Of a stretch of 64,000 nt of DNA, positions 10,083-20,031 are shown piece after piece. The notes under the pieces are model-generated. The model saw nothing but the letters and a program-made list of their open reading frames with translations, ran no database searches and had not been told where the DNA came from. The stretch is from contig JBBDRF010000021.1 of the NCBI GenBank assembly GCA_040905565.1, forward strand, positions 1 to 64,000, read 5' to 3'. A program made the translations under genes and the position numbers. Source of the stretch: Phycisphaeraceae bacterium (GTDB lineage Bacteria; Planctomycetota; Phycisphaerae; Phycisphaerales; Zrk34). Each line of letters opens with the position of its first letter. Positions within the stretch are counted from its first letter, which is position 1.

Positions 10083-10997
10083 TTACTTGCGCACCTGTTG
10101 GGGAAAATCGGTGCGGTATCGATCGAGTAGGGCCTCTACGTCGTTGTCCACGATGTAGATCTTGCCTCGGACCTCGTGCGTTTCGCCTGGCTCAAGGCCG
10201 CCGATGCGAAAGTCCGCGTGCAGGCACTGGATGACGCCTTGAAACAACTCCTGGTAGGGCTCGAATGCAACGGCGAAAATGAGCGAATCATCATCGCTGA
10301 AACAGCCGATCAGCCCGTAAGTCGGCACGTGCGGGTTAAGCGGCCGAGGGTTGACGTCGTCGCGATCTACGCCGGGCGCTGACCAGACTTGCCCGGGCTC
10401 GTACCGCGCCTCCGTCGCCCAGTCGCGCGTCGGCATGCGCTCAAGTTCGCCATCGATGAACACGAAGCTTTTCTCCAGATAGTCATACTCGGTGCCTGAT
10501 TGATCACCGGGATGACCGGTAAAACGGCCGACGCGGGCGCAAGGCTGCGCCCAATGGGCCGCGGACGTTCGCTGTGTTGGGTTGTGTGCCGTGATGCGGA
10601 TATCGACTTCATCTTCGCCGGCGGTGAGGATATGTTCGACGATCACGCCGTCGCTGAGTTCACATCGCAGGTGGATGCGGCCGTCGGCTTCGTCGGCTTC
10701 GTCGGCTTCGTCGGCTTCAATCAACTCCGTCTCATGCCCGATCACGGTCTCGGCCCAGTCGCGGTCGGTAGACCCCGCCCGGCAGTACGCCTCCAGATAC
10801 CACGTTTCGAGATGGCCTTCTGGGAGGCGCTCATCGTGAATCGTGAGTATGTCGTCTTCCCAGGTGATCCGCAGGCGGTCGCCCTCAGCTTCCGATGCGC
10901 CGCCGATGCTGATCGCGGCAAGCGTCACAACCAGCGCGAAGCAGAAGCAGAGTCGGGCTCCCAAAGAGCAGCGGCAGGTAATCGATCCCATCGGCAA
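10083..10997 (-). CDS. Secreted hypothetical protein
   Basis: Hydrophobic signal peptide, protein-like composition, GGAAAGGA RBS; 28 bp downstream of the SGNH gene on the same strand. Confidence 0.8.
   Translation of the reverse strand: MPMGSITCRCSLGARLCFCFALVVTLAAISIGGASEAEGDRLRITWEDDILTIHDERLPEGHLETWYLEAYCRAGSTDRDWAETVIGHETELIEADEADEADEADGRIHLRCELSDGVIVEHILTAGEDEVDIRITAHNPTQRTSAAHWAQPCARVGRFTGHPGDQSGTEYDYLEKSFVFIDGELERMPTRDWATEARYEPGQVWSAPGVDRDDVNPRPLNPHVPTYGLIGCFSDDDSLIFAVAFEPYQELFQGVIQCLHADFRIGGLEPGETHEVRGKIYIVDNDVEALLDRYRTDFPQQVRK
10682..10717. repeat. In-frame 9-bp tandem repeat (CGTCGGCTT)x4 encoding (EAD)4
   Basis: Four perfect copies read directly. Confidence 0.95.
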
Positions 10998-11025
10998 GAT
11001 CCTTTCCTTTAGGGTGGGCTATCTG

Positions 11026-11934
11026 TCAGTGTTCGATGGTGTCAGGATTCCAGAAAGCCATCATGATCTTGGCCAGAATCTGCTCGCCGTATTCGTTGGC
11101 ATGAATCACGTCACGATAAAACAAGTGGGGGTGGAGTTCGGACGAGCGGATGTACTCGGCCCACGGGGTGGTCATGTCCAGATAGGCGCAGTTCTCCTGC
11201 TCCGCGAGTTGCTGCAGAGCCTCGCCCCAATCGCCCGTCCCGGAGTAGTTGTCGTTGGCCGCCAGCGCATCGGCGTCCCGCGGGTCGACATGCCCGAAAG
11301 TTCCGCTGGCTAACAGAATTTCGACATTCGGCAATCGGTCGCGCAGCTGGTGGATTACCTCCCGAATGCTTGAAATGTCCTTCTGGCTGATTCCACCGAT
11401 GAACACGACGTCCGGCTTCCGTGGGACGATGTGCTTGGCGACGCGGCCCTCTTCCTTGTAGTGATGGCAGCCGCCGCCGCCACGCACGTAAGCTGTTCCG
11501 CGAATCTCAGCCGTGGGATACGCCTCCTGCAGTTTCGCCAGCCAGCCCGAACGCATCGTGTCGAGGACGATGCTGTCACCAAGCGCGAGCAGGTGCAATT
11601 CGCCACCTTCGTTAAGAATCCGTTTTGTTCGAGACAGATGCGTCCAGTCGGCCCGGGGGGCGCTAAAGGTGCCATTGGGCATTTCCGTCCGAATCTGCTC
11701 AATCTGTTCGAGTGAGCGTCGCGGAGTGCCGATCAGGTAGTATTCTTCCTCGGGCGTCTCGGACCATGTCTCCACGTCAAGCGGATGCTTGGCCGGCAGC
11801 GCCCCCTGCTCTGGAAAGGTTACCGGCGAGTCCTGCTGCATGTCAGCTCGTGTTACCGTCACGAACGGCATCGCCAGGCAGAACGCCAGCAAAAGAAAGT
11901 GCGGCAGACTGTACCGGGCTTGATTATCGCTCAT
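11026..11934 (-). CDS. SGNH/GDSL-like hydrolase, secreted
   Basis: LLALGDS (block I) and DVIH (block V); signal peptide; GGAG RBS before ATG 11934. Confidence 0.75.
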   Translation of the reverse strand: MSDNQARYSLPHFLLLAFCLAMPFVTVTRADMQQDSPVTFPEQGALPAKHPLDVETWSETPEEEYYLIGTPRRSLEQIEQIRTEMPNGTFSAPRADWTHLSRTKRILNEGGELHLLALGDSIVLDTMRSGWLAKLQEAYPTAEIRGTAYVRGGGGCHHYKEEGRVAKHIVPRKPDVVFIGGISQKDISSIREVIHQLRDRLPNVEILLASGTFGHVDPRDADALAANDNYSGTGDWGEALQQLAEQENCAYLDMTTPWAEYIRSSELHPHLFYRDVIHANEYGEQILAKIMMAFWNPDTIEH

Positions 11935-12102
11935 AAGCCTGTTCTCCAAGATCGTCGGCGTGGCTCATCGCTGGAGCCGATCGCGTAGGTGATGTCAACG
12001 ACGCGGTTTCTTAGATTGTTCCGCAAACGATGCTTGGAATCAACGACAACTAAACTTAGCATGACTGCACGTATCCCTCGCGCATCATATGGAGCACGTG
12101 GC

Positions 12103-13413
12103 ATGAGCATCGAAACCAATGGCCCTGGTGTCGACACGAGCCGGCGAACAGTGCTGAAAGCCGCGGCGGCGGTTGCGACGGCCCCACTGTTTATTCCTGC
12201 TTCGGCGCTTGGCCGCGATGGCAACGTCGCCCCTTCCGAGCGCGTCGCGTTGGGCTTCGTCGGCCTGGGAACGCATGGCCACGGGTACAACCTCAATCAT
12301 TTCCTCAGCCAGGACGATGCCCAGGTGGTGGCGTTGTGCGACGTCTTCGCCGATCGTCGCGAGAGCGCCAGGCAGACGGTGAAGGAGCGACGCAATCACG
12401 ACTGCGAAAAAGTAGCTGATTTCCGAGACCTGCTGGCACGTGACGACATTGACGCTGTCGTCATCTCCACCCCCGACCACTGGCACGCGCTTCTTTCCGT
12501 GATGGCGCTGGAGGCCGGCAAGGACGTCATGTGCGAAAAACCCAGCCTCTCCATTGCTGAAGGTCGGGAAGTGATGGAAGCGGTGGGGCGGCACAAAGCT
12601 GTCTTCCAGATGGGGCTGGAGGACCGGTCGGTGGTTTACTACCACCGCATGTGCGAACTGGTCAGGAATGGAGCCATCGGCGAACTTGAGCGAATTGACG
12701 TGAAACTACCCTCAGGGGTTCTGTTTGACGCGGAGGAGCAGACGCCGGTGCCCGATGGCCTCGACTACGAAATGTGGCTTGGCCCCGCCCCTCACCACCC
12801 CTACACGCCGACGCGCACCGGGGCGATGCAGTGGCGGCAGATCCGCGACTACTCAGGGGGCATTCTTACTGACTGGGGCGCGCATCTGCTTGACACGGCC
12901 CAGGTCGGCAACTTCGCCGAACGCACCGCACCCGTTGAAGTTCAGGGCAAAGGCGTCTGGCCACCAGAGGACGCGATGAGCGAGATGCCCCTTGAGTACG
13001 AGCTCGATTACCGCTACGCCAACGGCGTCGAGATGCGCGTCGAGTCCGGCGAGGTCGCCATCCGCTTCACCGGCAGCGACGGCTGGATCGGAAACCAGGG
13101 GTGGCGCGGTGTCCTGCAGGCCAGTGACGAGAAAATCCTTCGCACACGCGTCGACGATGAAACCAATCGCATGTGGTCACGCCCGGAACTGGAGCATCGC
13201 AACTTCCTCGACTGCATCAAATCACGCCAGCCAACCACCTACACCGCCGAAGACTTCCACTATCTCAGCACCGTCATGCACATCGGCAACATCTCGATGC
13301 AGCTCGACGGACGGAAGCTGCAGTGGGATCCGGAAAAAGAAGCGTTCATCGATGACGACGCCGCCAATGCCTTGCGTTTTCGCCAGCGCCGGGACGACTG
13401 GATGAAACTCTGA
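12103..13413 (+). CDS. Gfo/Idh/MocA family oxidoreductase (Tat)
   Basis: SRRTVLK; GFVGLGTHG; STPDHWH; CEKP; DWGAHLLD. Confidence 0.93.
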   Translation: MSIETNGPGVDTSRRTVLKAAAAVATAPLFIPASALGRDGNVAPSERVALGFVGLGTHGHGYNLNHFLSQDDAQVVALCDVFADRRESARQTVKERRNHDCEKVADFRDLLARDDIDAVVISTPDHWHALLSVMALEAGKDVMCEKPSLSIAEGREVMEAVGRHKAVFQMGLEDRSVVYYHRMCELVRNGAIGELERIDVKLPSGVLFDAEEQTPVPDGLDYEMWLGPAPHHPYTPTRTGAMQWRQIRDYSGGILTDWGAHLLDTAQVGNFAERTAPVEVQGKGVWPPEDAMSEMPLEYELDYRYANGVEMRVESGEVAIRFTGSDGWIGNQGWRGVLQASDEKILRTRVDDETNRMWSRPELEHRNFLDCIKSRQPTTYTAEDFHYLSTVMHIGNISMQLDGRKLQWDPEKEAFIDDDAANALRFRQRRDDWMKL

Positions 13414-13457
13414 TCCGCAGCAAACACCGACGCATCGCGCACGACGGAGACTCAATC

Positions 13458-14339
13458 ATGCAGATCACACGGCGACAGTTCACGCAGCGTTTGCTGATCA
13501 CAGGAGCAGGCCTGCACGCCGTCGCCACGCGAGCGGTAGCGGCGGACGAACAGCGCATGAACAATCGGCTGTTCATCATGGACACATGGTTCTGGGGCGA
13601 TCAAATACCCTTCGATCAACAGGTCGCACTCCTGGCAGAACTGGGCGTGAAGGCGATGCTGTTGTCCGGCCTGCATCATGTGACGCCGGAAAACCTGCAG
13701 TTGCTCGATGACCACGACATCGCGCTGGAGGCTGTCTACCACGTCGCCAACGCGGAGGAACCGCCCAGCGAACCATTGCTTGACGTCATCGCACGCCTGC
13801 AGGGGCGCGACACGCTGATCGCTCTGGCGATGAGCAGTAAAGCGTTCGGCACCTCCGATCCGGAAGGCGACGCCCCGGCGATACGGCAGGTTGGCGCCTA
13901 TGCCGACGCCGCCGAAGAGGCGGGGCTGAGCGTGGCGTTCTATCCACATGCCGGCTTCTGGTTGGAACGGGTCGCCGATGGTGTCCGTCTCGCACAGAAG
14001 ATCGATCGCCCCAATGTCGGCGCTATCTTCAACCTCTACCACTGGCTGGCACGCGACGCGGAAGAGGTCACCCTCGATCAGACGCTAGACGAAGCCCTTC
14101 CCTACCTCAAAGCTGTCACCATCAACGGTGCTCAGCAGGATACCGCCCGCATTCCCGTGAACGACGCCATTTTGCCACTGGACCAAGGCAATTACGATCT
14201 TCGGCCCCTGATGCGAAAGCTTGCCGCGCGCCAGTATGCCGGCCCCATCGGATTGCAGGGTTACAGCATCCAAGGAGACGCGCCAGGCAAACTTCAACGT
14301 TCGGTCGAGACGTACCGAGCGCTAACGACACTTCGTTGA
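13458..14339 (+). CDS. Sugar phosphate isomerase/epimerase-like TIM barrel (Tat)
   Basis: TRRQF; FYPHAGF, RPNVGAIFNLYHW, YAGPIGLQ. Confidence 0.8.
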   Translation: MQITRRQFTQRLLITGAGLHAVATRAVAADEQRMNNRLFIMDTWFWGDQIPFDQQVALLAELGVKAMLLSGLHHVTPENLQLLDDHDIALEAVYHVANAEEPPSEPLLDVIARLQGRDTLIALAMSSKAFGTSDPEGDAPAIRQVGAYADAAEEAGLSVAFYPHAGFWLERVADGVRLAQKIDRPNVGAIFNLYHWLARDAEEVTLDQTLDEALPYLKAVTINGAQQDTARIPVNDAILPLDQGNYDLRPLMRKLAARQYAGPIGLQGYSIQGDAPGKLQRSVETYRALTTLR

Positions 14340-14406
14340 CGGCCGCTTTCTGATCACGCCGTCACCCGGCAGCTTTCCGCGGAGCAGTTCGGTTGGGCTT
14401 GCCCGG

Positions 14407-15828
14407 TTACGCGAACATATCCAATGCTGGCTTACCTAAACCGTCCTTCGTGATGTAAAACGGACGGCGTTCAATCTCGACGTTGTACCGCGGAGAAATG
14501 CCCAGCGCGTGGCCGATGGTCGCGTGCAGGTCGGTCACGCCGATCGGCTTCTCGACGGTGGTGCATGGCCGTTCATCCGCAGTCTTGCCGTAGAGGTAGC
14601 CCTTTTTGATGCCGCCGCCCCACATCAGCACACTGCTGGCGCCGGTGAAGTGGCGGTGCATGCCGTAGAACTTTTTGTCCTCAATGATGTCGGGCTGGTT
14701 GACCTGGTCAGGCACCTCTTCGCCGGGGCTTCCTTCTGTAAGGGCGTCGCGGCTGAACTCGCTGGCGAGGACGATGAGGGTGCGATCAAGCATGCCGCGC
14801 TCTTCGAGATCGAGGATCAACTGCTTGATGGGGCGGTCGATCATGCGTTTCATATCGACGAGTCGCGTGTGCCCGTTGTCGTGCGTGTCCCACCCGAGGA
14901 AGGGGACGTATTCGGTGCTGACTTCGATGAAGCGGGCGCCGGCTTCGACGAGGCGTCGCGCGAGCAGACAGCCCATTCCGAAATCGCCGGTGTTGTAACG
15001 GTCGTAGGAGGCGCGCGGCTCTAGCTCCAGATCGAACGCCTTCGCCGCGGGCGAGGAGAGCAGCCGATGCGCGTTATCCATAGATCTCAGGAGCGACTCT
15101 TTCTGATAGTCGCTTCCGTGCTGGGCGATGGGGCTGTTCTCCATCAGTTTCTTGTAGGCGGCCTGGCGTCGTTCAAACCGGCTGAGGGTCATGCCGCCGG
15201 GTGGACGGACCGCTTCCATCGCCTGCCTGGGGTGGGGTACGCGGAACGGCCCGTACTCACTGCCGAGAATGCCGCCTGTCTGAAAGGCCCGCAGTTCCTC
15301 CGCTTCACCATTACCCTCGTACGGTTGGCCGATGTCGATGAATGGCGGCACGGCTTCATTACGGGGACCCATCGCATGGCCGATCCACGCGCCCAGGTGC
15401 GGCGCAGCGACGGTCAGCGGTGGCTCGTAACCGGTATGCCAGTGGTACTGATGGCGTGAGTGGAGAATGTGCCCGAGGTTCGGCAGCACATGCGAGCGAA
15501 TCAGCGTCCCGCGGTCCATCACCTCGGCCATGTTCTCAAGGCCCTGCGAGAACTTGATGTGATCGACGGCGGTGTCGATCGAGGGGAACGTGCTCAGCAT
15601 GTCAGCGGAACTCATGCCGACTTCAAAAGGCGCGTGCCGCTTCGGATCAAACGTTTCGGTATGCGCCAGGCCGCCTGCCATCCACAGGACAATGACCGCT
15701 TCGGCTTGGCCGCCGCCTGGCGCAGATTCCCCCACAGCGGACCAGGAGGTTTCAGGGACACCCGCAGCGAGTGCGCCAAGGGTTGCAGCGCTGGCGGTTT
15801 TGAGAAAGTCGCGACGATTGCGTTCCAA
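14407..15828 (-). CDS. DUF1501 domain protein (Tat), module 2, divergent subtype
   Basis: TTG start after GAGAGG; NRRDFLK; LWMAGGLAHTETFDPK; GCLLARRLVEAG; WDTH; SEFSR. Confidence 0.9.
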   Translation of the reverse strand: MERNRRDFLKTASAATLGALAAGVPETSWSAVGESAPGGGQAEAVIVLWMAGGLAHTETFDPKRHAPFEVGMSSADMLSTFPSIDTAVDHIKFSQGLENMAEVMDRGTLIRSHVLPNLGHILHSRHQYHWHTGYEPPLTVAAPHLGAWIGHAMGPRNEAVPPFIDIGQPYEGNGEAEELRAFQTGGILGSEYGPFRVPHPRQAMEAVRPPGGMTLSRFERRQAAYKKLMENSPIAQHGSDYQKESLLRSMDNAHRLLSSPAAKAFDLELEPRASYDRYNTGDFGMGCLLARRLVEAGARFIEVSTEYVPFLGWDTHDNGHTRLVDMKRMIDRPIKQLILDLEERGMLDRTLIVLASEFSRDALTEGSPGEEVPDQVNQPDIIEDKKFYGMHRHFTGASSVLMWGGGIKKGYLYGKTADERPCTTVEKPIGVTDLHATIGHALGISPRYNVEIERRPFYITKDGLGKPALDMFA

Positions 15829-15847
15829 AAAGCACCTCTCGGCTGGT

Positions 15848-18454
15848 TCAATAAATTAACTGAAATTCGGGAAGCATGACCAGGGCCCAAAGCAAATCCT
15901 GCACGCCGTCGACACTGGGCGTGGAGCCGACCAGCGCGACCGCAGCGCGACGCTCGCCATCGTTCGGCTCGCGGCTGAGCGCGGCTTGGTAAAGCTGCAC
16001 GACGAGATCCTCAGGATTCTCAATATCGCGCTCGAGCCACTTGCGTGCGCCACGACGAAGCGTCGCGTCCAGCGTGTAGCCGTTTATCAATTCCAAAGCC
16101 TGTAGCGTGGTGGCGATCGAATCGCGCTCCGTTACGACCTGTTCACGATTGGGTTGGCCCATTGCTGTGAACAGCGCGTCATTAACGGCCATGACCGCGC
16201 GGACGTCCGTGAAAAGATCCGAGACGTCGCGCGATTGCAGAGCCTGTTTCAGCAGGCTCTCCGCACGCCAAGGCGTGACGTTCGGCCCACCAATCGAAAC
16301 GGCGTCGCGCCAGCCGGCGTCGTCGAAGCCGGGGGCGTGCCAGGCATCCGGGGCTGTGTCTGCAAACTTCCATCGCGCGTCGCTGCCAAGGCTCCATACC
16401 GTTTTGCCTTCGATGTCGTAGCCGACGGCGGAGAAGAACCAGCCCGCCGGATTCGGCTCCGAGGCACTGAGTTCGATGCCGCGTTCCGTATCAGGCCAAT
16501 TGATCGCCAGCACAGCCAGCGTGTTGCTTCCGCGCCGAAGATAAGGCGTGAGATCGAGGGCCGCCGGGTGCTGCCAGTCGTTCCCCGTCGCCACGCGATC
16601 TCCGTTGATGTAGAACTCAAATTGATTGTCGGCGGTCATCACAGCATGGGCGATATGTGGCAGCTGTTCGAGCGTGAAGGTTCGGCGAAGATAGATGCCA
16701 CCTCCCTGCGCACGCTGGGCGGCATCGGCATCACGCCAAATCCACCTGCCGATCAGGTCGTCGCTTGCATCGGCATCGGCATCGGTATCGGCAACGGCCG
16801 AGTTCCGGGCCAACGCCTCGCGGACTGCGGTCAGTTGACCGCCCTGTCCGCGCGGATCGCGCTCGAGCATGGCGCTGCTGACCTCCTGCCAGATGCCGGT
16901 GACTTTGGAGACGCCGTCGACGAACTGCTCAGCAGACATACGCTGCACGAGTGGGCCACGGAACACGTAATCGGCCATCTCCGGCATGGCCTGGCGATCG
17001 GGAGGCAACTGGTAGGCCTGCGATGTGGCGATCAACCTGAGCGTGTGCTTGAGGTCGTAGCCGTTCTTGCGGAAATCCTCGGCGAGAAAGTCCAGCAGGT
17101 CGCGATGGAAGGGCGTGTTATCCATCTCGTCCGTTGGCCACACAATCCCCCTGCCCATGAGCTCTGCCCAGAGGCGGTTGACGATGGTGCGCGTAAGCCG
17201 GCCGTTGTCAGGGTGGACCATCAGGTCCGCCAGTTGCTTGGTGCGCTGTTCAAGCGGGGCGTCGGGGTCGATCTGGCCAAGCTCGGGGAAGAGGAACGCG
17301 GGCTTCACTGTTTTCCCAAGCGGTGCATCGCAACGGGCCACTTCGAGAGGTTCCTGCGCGAATACGCTCGCCAGTGCATAAGCTTCTTCGAGTTTCCACT
17401 CGCCATCGAAGCTGTCATGGCAGGAGGAGCACTTGAGGTTCGAGCCGAGGAACACCTGCGAAACGCTTTGGGCGGCTTGCATCTCACGCCGTTGGGAAGC
17501 GTTCACCACGCCACGCCAGATAATGCCACGGGTGAAGCCCTCCGACGGTGCCTCGGGATCCACCAGTTGATGCACGAATTCGTCGTACGGCATGTTGTAG
17601 TACAACGCCTGGTAAAGCCATCCGGTGATCTGGCGTCGGCCGTCGTCGATGAACCCCGTGCCGCGGTAGGCGTTCCGGAGCGCGTCGTTCCAGAAAGCAA
17701 GCCAGTGGTCGGCGTAGTGTCGATCGTTCGCCAGAAGTTCGGCGACGAGGCGTTCGCGTTTATCTGGTCGTGTGTCGGCTTCAAAAGCTGCAACCTGTTC
17801 GGGGGACGGCAGCAATCCCAGCAGGTCCATGTAGACACGACGGATGTAAGTGCGATCATCGACCCGTGCGCCCGCTTCGATGCCGTGCTCCTGGTAGTAA
17901 GGTCGCAGCAGCCGGTCGATGGGGTTTTGCGAATCCCCTGCGGCTGGCAGCTTCACTTCCCGAGGCTTGAGCGGGGCACGTTCAAAGACGCGGCCAAGAG
18001 CGAAACCATCTTCCCAGGGTGCCCCAGCCTCGATCCACGCGCGGATGATGGCGATCTCCTCCGCAGGCATCCTCTCCTCCTCGGGAGGCATACGCATCTC
18101 AGGATCGGGGTCGGTGATGATTTCATAGATGAAGCTGACGTCCGCGTCGCCGGGGACCACTGCGGGGCCGCCGCGACCGCCACGGAGCATCGACTCGAGG
18201 GTGTTCAGCGATAGCCCGCCCTCCCGTTCCTCACCGGTATGACAATCGCCGCAGCGGTTTCTGAGGATTGGGGCGACCTGATGCGCGAAGTCGTTCGGCT
18301 GCGCTGCGGTGTCACCCTCTGTTTCCTCCGCCATGGTTGAACTGGCGGTGATCAAAACCAGAGCAAGGCCCGCGATCAGTATGGTTGCAGCACGCTCACC
18401 AGATCGTCTCATTGCGTTAAACTCCCACAAGCTTCGATAGGCGTTCATGTTCAT
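15848..18454 (-). CDS. Planctomycete cytochrome c / DUF1549 / DUF1553 protein with glycosidase-type jelly-roll insert, module 2
   Basis: CGDCH and CSSCH; RRVYMDLLGLLP; TRTIVNRLWAELMGRG; insert IYLRRTF..TADNQFEFYING..GSNTLAV; alternative start 18412. Confidence 0.9.
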   Translation of the reverse strand: MNMNAYRSLWEFNAMRRSGERAATILIAGLALVLITASSTMAEETEGDTAAQPNDFAHQVAPILRNRCGDCHTGEEREGGLSLNTLESMLRGGRGGPAVVPGDADVSFIYEIITDPDPEMRMPPEEERMPAEEIAIIRAWIEAGAPWEDGFALGRVFERAPLKPREVKLPAAGDSQNPIDRLLRPYYQEHGIEAGARVDDRTYIRRVYMDLLGLLPSPEQVAAFEADTRPDKRERLVAELLANDRHYADHWLAFWNDALRNAYRGTGFIDDGRRQITGWLYQALYYNMPYDEFVHQLVDPEAPSEGFTRGIIWRGVVNASQRREMQAAQSVSQVFLGSNLKCSSCHDSFDGEWKLEEAYALASVFAQEPLEVARCDAPLGKTVKPAFLFPELGQIDPDAPLEQRTKQLADLMVHPDNGRLTRTIVNRLWAELMGRGIVWPTDEMDNTPFHRDLLDFLAEDFRKNGYDLKHTLRLIATSQAYQLPPDRQAMPEMADYVFRGPLVQRMSAEQFVDGVSKVTGIWQEVSSAMLERDPRGQGGQLTAVREALARNSAVADTDADADASDDLIGRWIWRDADAAQRAQGGGIYLRRTFTLEQLPHIAHAVMTADNQFEFYINGDRVATGNDWQHPAALDLTPYLRRGSNTLAVLAINWPDTERGIELSASEPNPAGWFFSAVGYDIEGKTVWSLGSDARWKFADTAPDAWHAPGFDDAGWRDAVSIGGPNVTPWRAESLLKQALQSRDVSDLFTDVRAVMAVNDALFTAMGQPNREQVVTERDSIATTLQALELINGYTLDATLRRGARKWLERDIENPEDLVVQLYQAALSREPNDGERRAAVALVGSTPSVDGVQDLLWALVMLPEFQLIY

Positions 18455-18633
18455 TGACCCTGATTACGCCGTTCGATCTCCTCCCGCACTGCGGCAGGCG
18501 GCTCAATGCCCTGGGGCACGCTTTGCGCGGCATCTTCCGGGGGGCCGTTGTCGTTGCACCCGACGATCCCGAAGGTCGTCGCTGCAATGAGGGCACAAGC
18601 CGTAGCGTATCCGAAGATTGTTTTTGAGAACAT
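18451..18633 (-). CDS. Small (60 aa) lipoprotein
   Basis: Signal peptide with lipobox IVGC; its stop overlaps the next ATG (ATGA, 18451-18454). Confidence 0.75.
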   Translation of the reverse strand: MFSKTIFGYATACALIAATTFGIVGCNDNGPPEDAAQSVPQGIEPPAAVREEIERRNQGQ

Positions 18634-18727
18634 CTTACGAGCCTTTCAAGTGAGGTTGAGGTTCATAACCCCGCGGAGCAGCCTGCTGCTTGCATCGCGT
18701 CACTGACGACGCATGCTAGCGCTGCGA

Positions 18728-18767
18728 TTTAAAATTAGCCGGTCCCGTTTCTCACAGGACCGGCTAA
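18728..18767 (-). terminator. Hairpin/terminator after prepilin-type gene 2
   Basis: TTAGCCGGTCC (18735-18745) / GGACCGGCTAA (18757-18767), then TTTT on the minus strand. Confidence 0.7.
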
Positions 18768-18780
18768 ATGTTTCAATCGA

Positions 18781-19581
18781 TCAATCGTTCACAATGCCGG
18801 CCACATCGATCAGGCCCCAGATGTTCCACCCGAAAGAACTGGTCGCGATTTCTATCTCTTCCCAGTTGCTCCAGTTCACACTCGCGTCTTCATAGAGGTG
18901 ATTCGCACCCTGAGGCATCCCTCCGTCGCCAGCGTGGCTGGAGAACGGCCCGTTCGCCCAAAACCAGTTGTCATTGTGGGCCTCGTTGCGGCTCGTGGCA
19001 CCACCCTGTGACTGCATGATGTTCATCATGATCGGCACGCGCGAATAAGGTCCGTCATATTTCGTCTTGCTTACCCAACGTTCGACGGGGCCGTAATTCC
19101 ACGGCTGGCTTGTATCACGCCCGACCATCAGCTGATAGCCGACGAGGGTGCCGTAGACGACGGTGGGGGAGTGCTGAACCCGGTGCCACTGGTCAGTCGG
19201 GCAGAACAGAACATTGTTGTCAGAATGCGTCACGTCCTCAGTCATTTCCACGAGATACTGATTGATGAAGTCTTCGCGGACGCTGGTCGAGTTCCAAGCC
19301 ATGTCGTTCCCACCAACGGGAATACGAGGAGGTTGCGCAAGCCCGTTATAGGGGAAGGAGTTGTTGTTGCTGGCGGCATATGTCGCCAGTGCATTTCCCC
19401 ATTGGCGCAGGTTGGACGCGCAGGAAACTTTGATCGCCTCCTGCCGCGCACGGCCGAGGGCGGGCAACAGAATGGCCATGAGCAGCGCGATGATGCCGAC
19501 GACCACCAGCAACTCGATGAGCGTAAAGCCCCTATGGATGGGTCGAAACATCAGCCGCCCGTAACGTTTGTTTTCTGGCAT
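18781..19581 (-). CDS. Prepilin-type cleavage/methylation protein (DUF1559-like), copy 2
   Basis: GGGAGG RBS before ATG 19581; [54 protein letters not shown]. Confidence 0.92.
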   Translation of the reverse strand: MPENKRYGRLMFRPIHRGFTLIELLVVVGIIALLMAILLPALGRARQEAIKVSCASNLRQWGNALATYAASNNNSFPYNGLAQPPRIPVGGNDMAWNSTSVREDFINQYLVEMTEDVTHSDNNVLFCPTDQWHRVQHSPTVVYGTLVGYQLMVGRDTSQPWNYGPVERWVSKTKYDGPYSRVPIMMNIMQSQGGATSRNEAHNDNWFWANGPFSSHAGDGGMPQGANHLYEDASVNWSNWEEIEIATSSFGWNIWGLIDVAGIVND

Positions 19582-19748
19582 ACTTTGCCTCCCTGTAAAG
19601 GAAATGAGTTGCTCGTTGATTTTTTGTTCGCGTACACCAAGAACGGTACACAAAATACACTTCTTGCACGATTTAACTAAACGAGAGATGCGTCTTAAAT
19701 TTGCCAAATTCAGCACTTACGAATGACAGATGTAACTCTTTCACTAAA

Positions 19749-19777
19749 AACATAGCGGCCGCCGACCTATTTGTCAA
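19749..19777 (-). promoter_or_regulatory. sigma70-type promoter for prepilin copy 2
   Basis: TTGACA-17 bp-TATGTT in an AT-rich intergenic region. Confidence 0.65.
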
Positions 19778-20031
19778 GGACATCCAACAGAAGTGTCCTC
19801 TTAAGGTAGTTAGGTTTTAGAGCGCTGAACAAATCTGGGTGGGTATACTTTTTGAGCAGGCTTCCGGAACGGGGCTGGTACGTTGCCCGCAGGCGGTTTA
19901 AAATACATCAGAATCGATTGCTATATGAATCGCGTTTGTTGTGCTGATTCGGTTTGAGGTTGCGGGTTCTTCTTCGCCTTGCTGACAGGGCGTTCCGGCT
20001 TAATCTCATTTTTCTCGTCTGGGGATCAACG

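Noticed and set aside
16765..16795. Short GCATCG repeats encoding DTDADADA in the module 2 cytochrome
   Set aside because: Imperfect low-complexity interdomain linker with no further signal.
16154..18214. Long antisense ORFs (686 aa here; also 46242-47918, 7284-8333, 8715-9677, 33200-34204)
   Set aside because: They are shadows of well-supported genes on the opposite strand, expected at high GC3, and carry no recognisable motifs.
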